Assembly: GCA_964505155.1 (NCBI GenBank)
Contig: CAZDGL010000002.1
Location: 26,064-90,063 of the forward strand
Length of the DNA stretch: 64,000 nt
Reading direction: 5' to 3'
From: an uncultured Candidatus Saccharibacteria bacterium
GTDB lineage: Bacteria; Patescibacteriota; Minisyncoccia; Phycocordibacterales; UBA9973
Below, in pieces: positions 59,336 to 64,000 of the stretch. Positions within the stretch are counted from its first letter, which is position 1; every line of letters starts with the position of its first letter. Both the position numbers and the translations under genes were made by a program. The notes beneath the pieces were generated by a model, which was not told where the DNA came from, did no database searches, and saw only the letters and a program-made list of their open reading frames with translations.

Positions 59336-60265
59336 TTATCTCTTGCTGTGATACCTCTTATGTACCTCTCTCAGTTGACTGTCTGTAACATGAGTGTAAA
59401 TCTGAGTAGTAGCAATATTGGCATGTCCAAGCATGACTTGAACTGAGCGGATGTCGGCGCCGTTTGAGAGGAGATCAGTAGCAAAGCAGTGTCGGATGAC
59501 GTGGGGAGTGACCTTTTTGGAGATACCGGCTTTGACAGCGCACTGTTTGACGATGCGCTCGACAGAACGACGAGTGAGGGGTTTGATATCCATGTTGTTT
59601 TTGTTGCTCTTTTCGCCAGTGCCAAGCTGGACAAAGAGTGCATCAGACATATCTTTGCGAAGTTTCAAATATTTTTTGAGTGTCTCACGAGCCTCTTCGG
59701 AGATAAAAACCACTCTGATCTTGCCACCTTTTCCGCGGATAGAAAATTCGCCTTGAGTAAAGTCGATGTCGTTGGTGAGTGAACAAAGCTCAGAGACACG
59801 CAGTCCTGTCGAGAAGAGTAGCTCAAGTATCGCCTTGTCGCGCAAGCTTTTGATATCGTCGCCTTCTGAAGACTTGAGCAATCTGCTGAGCTCACCCTGA
59901 GAAATCAAATCCAAATGTCGCTCGGGGACTTTGGCGAGATCTATCTCTTCGGCCGACATGCTCTTAATCTTTTTGCGAGTGAGGTACTTGAGAAATACAC
60001 GCAGGGCTATCATGTAGTAGTTTTGAGTTTTACGAGAGACGGTTTTGCCGGTAGACTTGTTGTTGCCCATGCTTTGGCGGTTGAGCCAGAGACGGAATTC
60101 TCGAACCTTATCTGCATTGATGTCTTGTGGGTTTTCAACTTTTGAAAAGCTCAAAAAGCGAGTGATGTAGTGATCATAATTTTCGACAGTCTTTAAACTA
60201 CGACCTTTTTCTATCTCTATGTGTTCTAAGAATTCTCTCTTAAGTTGTTCTATTTGTGTTGCCAT
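59336..60265 (-). CDS. Tyrosine recombinase XerC/XerD family
   Basis: TGLRVSEL, GKGGK.R, TPHVIRHCFAT, LGHANIATTQIYTH. Confidence 0.95.
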   Translation of the reverse strand: MATQIEQLKREFLEHIEIEKGRSLKTVENYDHYITRFLSFSKVENPQDINADKVREFRLWLNRQSMGNNKSTGKTVSRKTQNYYMIALRVFLKYLTRKKIKSMSAEEIDLAKVPERHLDLISQGELSRLLKSSEGDDIKSLRDKAILELLFSTGLRVSELCSLTNDIDFTQGEFSIRGKGGKIRVVFISEEARETLKKYLKLRKDMSDALFVQLGTGEKSNKNNMDIKPLTRRSVERIVKQCAVKAGISKKVTPHVIRHCFATDLLSNGADIRSVQVMLGHANIATTQIYTHVTDSQLREVHKRYHSKR

Positions 60266-60363
60266 TTGTATATAGAGTCGCACAATAATTGTAGCACTAC
60301 TCATAAATATTAAGGTAAATATAGTACTTGCATTTTTTTGGTATTTATGTTATGATGACTATT

Positions 60364-60624
60364 ATGTTAACAAGCAAGAAAAAACAAGCAATTATCAAAA
60401 AGCACCAAATCCACGACAAAGACACTGGTAGCAAGGTTGTCCAAGTAGGAGTGCTTTCTGAAACTATTGATAAGTTGGCTGATCACTTGAAGAAACACAA
60501 GAAAGACAACCACTCTCGAAGAGGTCTTATCAAAATGGTGGCAGATCGAAGAAGTCATCTCAAGGCACTAGAGAAGAGCAATCCAAAGCAACACGCAGCT
60601 GCTCTAAAAATAGTAAAACAATAA
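60364..60624 (+). CDS. rpsO: 30S ribosomal protein S15
   Basis: [21 protein letters not shown]; ATG 7 nt after TATGAT. Confidence 0.97.
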   Translation: MLTSKKKQAIIKKHQIHDKDTGSKVVQVGVLSETIDKLADHLKKHKKDNHSRRGLIKMVADRRSHLKALEKSNPKQHAAALKIVKQ

Positions 60625-60695
60625 TTTCACTATAAATAAAATCTCTCCATTCGGAGAGATTTTATTTATATATGAGTTATACTTAATACATATGG

Positions 60696-60806
60696 TCCCG
60701 TTAGAAACCGCGGTCACGAACGAGATCATAATTTTTACATACGAAAAGTTTATTAAATAATTTTATTTTAACAGGGCGAATAGACCGCGACCTGTTTCTA
60801 ACGGGA
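60696..60806. mobile_element. 111-bp MITE-like element at start codon of NYN gene
   Basis: Perfect 13-bp TIR tcccgttagaaac/gtttctaacggga, inner cgcggtc/gaccgcg, flanking TGG duplication. Confidence 0.75.
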
Positions 60807-61318
60807 TGGCAATCATTAAACAAAAAGAGCAACGCGTAGGAGTATTTATCGATACTCAAAACCTTTACCACACCGCAAAGGCTTTGTATAAGAAAAAGGT
60901 AAACTTTGGAGCAGTACTCAAAGACGCTGTTTCTAGTCGACAACTCATCCGAGCTATCGCTTATGTTATCACTACTGAAAACGAAGATGAAAAAGCTTTT
61001 CTAGAAGCTCTTGGCAAAGCTGGTATAGAGACCAAAGCCAAAGATCTTCAGATATTTTATGATGGAAGCAAAAAGGCAGACTGGGATATCGGACTTGCTA
61101 TCGATGCAGTCACCATGGCACCCAAGCTCGACGCTATCGTGATAGTCTCTGGGGACGGGGACTTTGTACCACTTTGCAACTTTCTTCGTTATCACCATGG
61201 AGTACAAGTCGAGGTCATGACCTTTGGCAAAAGCGCCTCAGCATCACTCAAAGATGTAGCGGATGAATTTATCGATCTATCTGCCAACCCAAAAAAGTAT
61301 TTGATAGGCTATCATTAA
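60806..61318 (+). CDS. NYN domain (LabA/DUF88) protein
   Basis: FIDTQNL, KADWDIGLAID, VSGDGDF, ADEFIDL. Confidence 0.92.
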   Translation: MAIIKQKEQRVGVFIDTQNLYHTAKALYKKKVNFGAVLKDAVSSRQLIRAIAYVITTENEDEKAFLEALGKAGIETKAKDLQIFYDGSKKADWDIGLAIDAVTMAPKLDAIVIVSGDGDFVPLCNFLRYHHGVQVEVMTFGKSASASLKDVADEFIDLSANPKKYLIGYH

Positions 61319-61321
61319 AAT

Positions 61322-62167
61322 ATGGAGAATTCTGAGAACAAAAAACCTTTGATGCACACCTTTGAGCAAGATCTCGGCAAAGCTATGGATGCGACAGATG
61401 CAAAAGTAGTGCAAGAAATCTTGGAGCGTGGTAGAGAAAAGGAGTTTATCGAAAAAGAAAACCGAACAAGAACCAAACAAAAGTCTTGGTATAAACTTGG
61501 AGCTATTGTTTTTATAATTTGTGCCTTAGCATCGGGAGCTTATGGTTTTTATTATTACAAACGTTTGACTGTCCCAGCTGAAAAGTCTGTTTCTATAGGC
61601 GTCTTTCCTAGCACCCAAGCTATAACTATAGACTCCTTTGATATACGCAAAGCTATTCTAACCATAAAAAACGATTCGACTTTGGAAAAAGATAAACCTT
61701 ATCTCATCCCTCTAGTTGAAAGCGCTGAAAATCCTTCGCTACTAAGTACAAACAAGATGTTTGCTTTTTTTGAATCTGGTGCTAGTGAACCTTTTATTAA
61801 CTCTTTCAACATCGTTCGTCTTGGTGCGATAAATACAAATGATGGCAACATCCCTTTTGTTATCGCTGGTGTCAAAGATCCTGAAATAGCCAACAAAGAA
61901 CTCCTTATCGCTGAAAAAAGTCTTTTGCAGTATTTTTATAAAAGCTTAGATATAGATTTGGCACTACACAAAGAAGAAGTAGGTAAGGGTTTTGTCTCAG
62001 AATTTCTATACAACATTCCTATAAAATCTCTAAAGTACAAAGATGCAGAAGGTGTAGAGAAAAATCTGTTTTTCTATGCTCGAGTTACCGACAATGTCAT
62101 TTTATTTTCTACTTCACCGAATGCCCTAAAAGCTATATATGACAGCCTTATTCGGCAAGGACTTTAG
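61322..62167 (+). CDS. Single-TM hypothetical protein
   Basis: 281 aa, one TM near residue 60. Confidence 0.8.
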   Translation: MENSENKKPLMHTFEQDLGKAMDATDAKVVQEILERGREKEFIEKENRTRTKQKSWYKLGAIVFIICALASGAYGFYYYKRLTVPAEKSVSIGVFPSTQAITIDSFDIRKAILTIKNDSTLEKDKPYLIPLVESAENPSLLSTNKMFAFFESGASEPFINSFNIVRLGAINTNDGNIPFVIAGVKDPEIANKELLIAEKSLLQYFYKSLDIDLALHKEEVGKGFVSEFLYNIPIKSLKYKDAEGVEKNLFFYARVTDNVILFSTSPNALKAIYDSLIRQGL

Positions 62168-62239
62168 TCTTTAAAACAAGCTTGCCCCGCCAAAAAAGCG
62201 GGGCTTGCTCTTTGAGCTAGCCGTGGTACCATATGAGCC

Positions 62240-62593
62240 ATGAATACATCAAAAGCCAAAGAAACATTGCTCGCTGAAAAAAGCCTTCTAGAAGGGGAGC
62301 TTGGCAACATTGCGCGCTTCAATTCTGAAACAAATCTCTGGGAAGCTACTCCTGATACTGAAATGATGCATGAATCAGATGACAACGATGCAGCTGATAG
62401 ATTTGAAGACTTCGAAGAGCGCACAAGTATGCTCAAGACTCTCCAAGCTCGTCTCTCTGATATCGAAAGCTCTCTCAAAAAAATAGAAGACGGTTCTTAT
62501 GGAAAGTGTGTTGTTTGCGGAAAATCTATAGAAGCTGACAGACTAAATGCCAACAGCGCCGCTCAAACTTGTAAGGAGCATATGAATGGATAG
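62240..62593 (+). CDS. TraR/DksA family zinc-finger transcription factor
   Basis: DxxDxA coiled-coil tip (DDNDAAD), YGKCVVCG...RL...TCKEH. Confidence 0.9.
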   Translation: MNTSKAKETLLAEKSLLEGELGNIARFNSETNLWEATPDTEMMHESDDNDAADRFEDFEERTSMLKTLQARLSDIESSLKKIEDGSYGKCVVCGKSIEADRLNANSAAQTCKEHMNG

Positions 62594-62672
62594 TTCGACA
62601 AGCTCACTATAAATAATAAAAGAAAAAACCGCCTTCACATAACGTGAGGCGGTTTTTTGTTACAATAGATAC

Positions 62673-62990
62673 ATGAAAACATTTAGCGAAAGAGTTTTAG
62701 AATGTGCGCTCATGATACCGAGCGGGAGAGTGACGACTTATGGCCACATTGCAAAAGCAAGTGGTGGCGGAGGGCAATCAGCTCGCAGTGTCACAGCGAT
62801 ACTTGGTAAAGCTTACCAAAACGGAGAAACGAAAATACCTTTTCACCGAATTGTTTATGCTGGTGGCAAAGTCTGGCTTTCGAGTGGATACGAAAAGAAA
62901 CGACTTGCACTTTATAAAAAAGAAAAGATAGAAATAGATGCAAAAGGAAAAATCAAAAACTTTGAAAAAATACTGTTTGAGTTTAAATAA
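62673..62990 (+). CDS. MGMT family alkyltransferase-like (ATL) protein
   Basis: IPSGRVTTYG, ARSV, PFHRIV (catalytic Cys of PCHR absent). Confidence 0.85.
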   Translation: MKTFSERVLECALMIPSGRVTTYGHIAKASGGGGQSARSVTAILGKAYQNGETKIPFHRIVYAGGKVWLSSGYEKKRLALYKKEKIEIDAKGKIKNFEKILFEFK

Positions 62991-63011
62991 AATTGATATA
63001 CTTTTATTATT

Positions 63012-64000
63012 ATGTTTTCACGCATTCAGAGCGCGCAACTCTCTGGACTCGGAGCTACCGGTGTAACGGTGGAAGTCGACATTTCTCGTGGATTGTATTT
63101 GTTTCAAATAGTAGGCTTACCTGACAAAGCAGTCGAAGAGTCTCGCGAACGAGTAATCTCAGCGCTACGAAATAGTCTCGATATCAATCCAAAATCTCAA
63201 AATGAAAAAGTGATAGTATCACTGTCTCCCGCAGAACTCAAAAAAGAAGGGGCTTATTTTGATCTGGCTATCGCTCTCGGATACCTCAAGTCTACCGGAG
63301 TGGTAAAGGGTGAAACTGACGGCAAACTTTTCCTCGGAGAACTATCTCTCAATGGTGATGTACAACCAATACGCGGACTTCTCTCTATCGCGCAGTGGGC
63401 AAGGGAAGCTGGTTACACAGAGATTTTTATCCCAAAAGGCAACGAAGTAGAAGCCACACTCATAAGTGGGATAGATTTTTATTTGGTACCGACACTTAGT
63501 GACCTGCTCATGCATATCAACGGCGGGTCACAACTTGATCAAAGCGAGTTTGTACCATTTGAGCACAAAGAGCACACCATAGAAATGGACTTTGGTGATG
63601 TGCGAGGCCAGTCAGCAGCCAAGCGTGCTCTCACTATCGCTGCTGCCGGTGGGCACAACATCGTGCTTTATGGACCACCTGGTACTGGTAAGACAATGCT
63701 TGCCAAAGCATTTCACGGCATCTTGCCAGCACCACAAAATGAACATTTCTTGGAAGTAGCTACTATCTACTCAAGTGTCGGGCTGGTAGAAGATGCACTA
63801 AAGACACCGGTACCACTTCGCTCTCCACACCACAGCGCTTCACATGTCGCTATCATCGGTGGAGGACAAGGACAAATCCGTCCAGGAGATATCACACTCG
63901 CACATCGAGGGGTTTTGTATATGGATGAATTTCCAGAATTTGATAGAAGAGTTTTGGAAGCACTGCGCGAACCTCTCGAAGAAGGCTCTATCACTGTCGC
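63012..64000 (+). CDS. comM: YifB/ComM Mg-chelatase-like AAA ATPase (runs off window end)
   Basis: Manual translation: [60 protein letters not shown]. Confidence 0.93.
   Translation, partial: MFSRIQSAQLSGLGATGVTVEVDISRGLYLFQIVGLPDKAVEESRERVISALRNSLDINPKSQNEKVIVSLSPAELKKEGAYFDLAIALGYLKSTGVVKGETDGKLFLGELSLNGDVQPIRGLLSIAQWAREAGYTEIFIPKGNEVEATLISGIDFYLVPTLSDLLMHINGGSQLDQSEFVPFEHKEHTIEMDFGDVRGQSAAKRALTIAAAGGHNIVLYGPPGTGKTMLAKAFHGILPAPQNEHFLEVATIYSSVGLVEDALKTPVPLRSPHHSASHVAIIGGGQGQIRPGDITLAHRGVLYMDEFPEFDRRVLEALREPLEEGSITV

Noticed and set aside
1-64000. Alternative genetic code (UGA recoding), prophage or DGR
   Set aside because: Conserved genes are full length under code 11 and TGA ends several ORFs; no phage structural genes or reverse transcriptase; ghost-copy differences are not adenine-specific.

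Overview
Chromosomal window of a small-genome Patescibacteria/CPR bacterium (Parcubacteria-like; inferred from gene content and protein styles; standard genetic code). The conserved backbone includes split str/S10 operons (rplC, rpsJ, tuf, fusA, rpsG, rpsL), rpmB, rpsO, nusA, tig, clpP, rny, ppa, pgk, tpiA, sod, rnhA, recJ, xth, a Xer recombinase, HU and a CCA-adding enzyme. It also carries a type IV pilus/competence set (pilB, pilC, minor pilins, split comEC, comM), a VirB4/TraG-like ATPase and four tRNAs (Gly-TCC, Pro-TGG, Gly-GCC, Arg-TCG). A parS cluster, a DnaA box and an apparent GC-skew switch near 52.4-54.7 kb suggest the replication origin, with no dnaA in the window. About 25 AT-rich orphan genes sit between backbone genes, most as self-contained TTGAC-16/17bp-TANNNT / ORF / hairpin cassettes. 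The most striking unexplained pattern is a set of ghost gene ends. Diverged but coding-conserved second copies of the ends of cca, xer and rnhA, plus two copies of the tRNA-Gly 3' end, are each bounded by a short GC-rich palindromic element, suggesting a palindrome-guided gene-end replacement / cargo-capture mechanism. Also notable: a tandem array of unrelated genes separated by a repeated terminator-promoter module, a candidate ~260-nt ncRNA with three C(UUCG)G hairpins, and pervasive leaderless promoter architecture. All calls are by eye; no searches were run.
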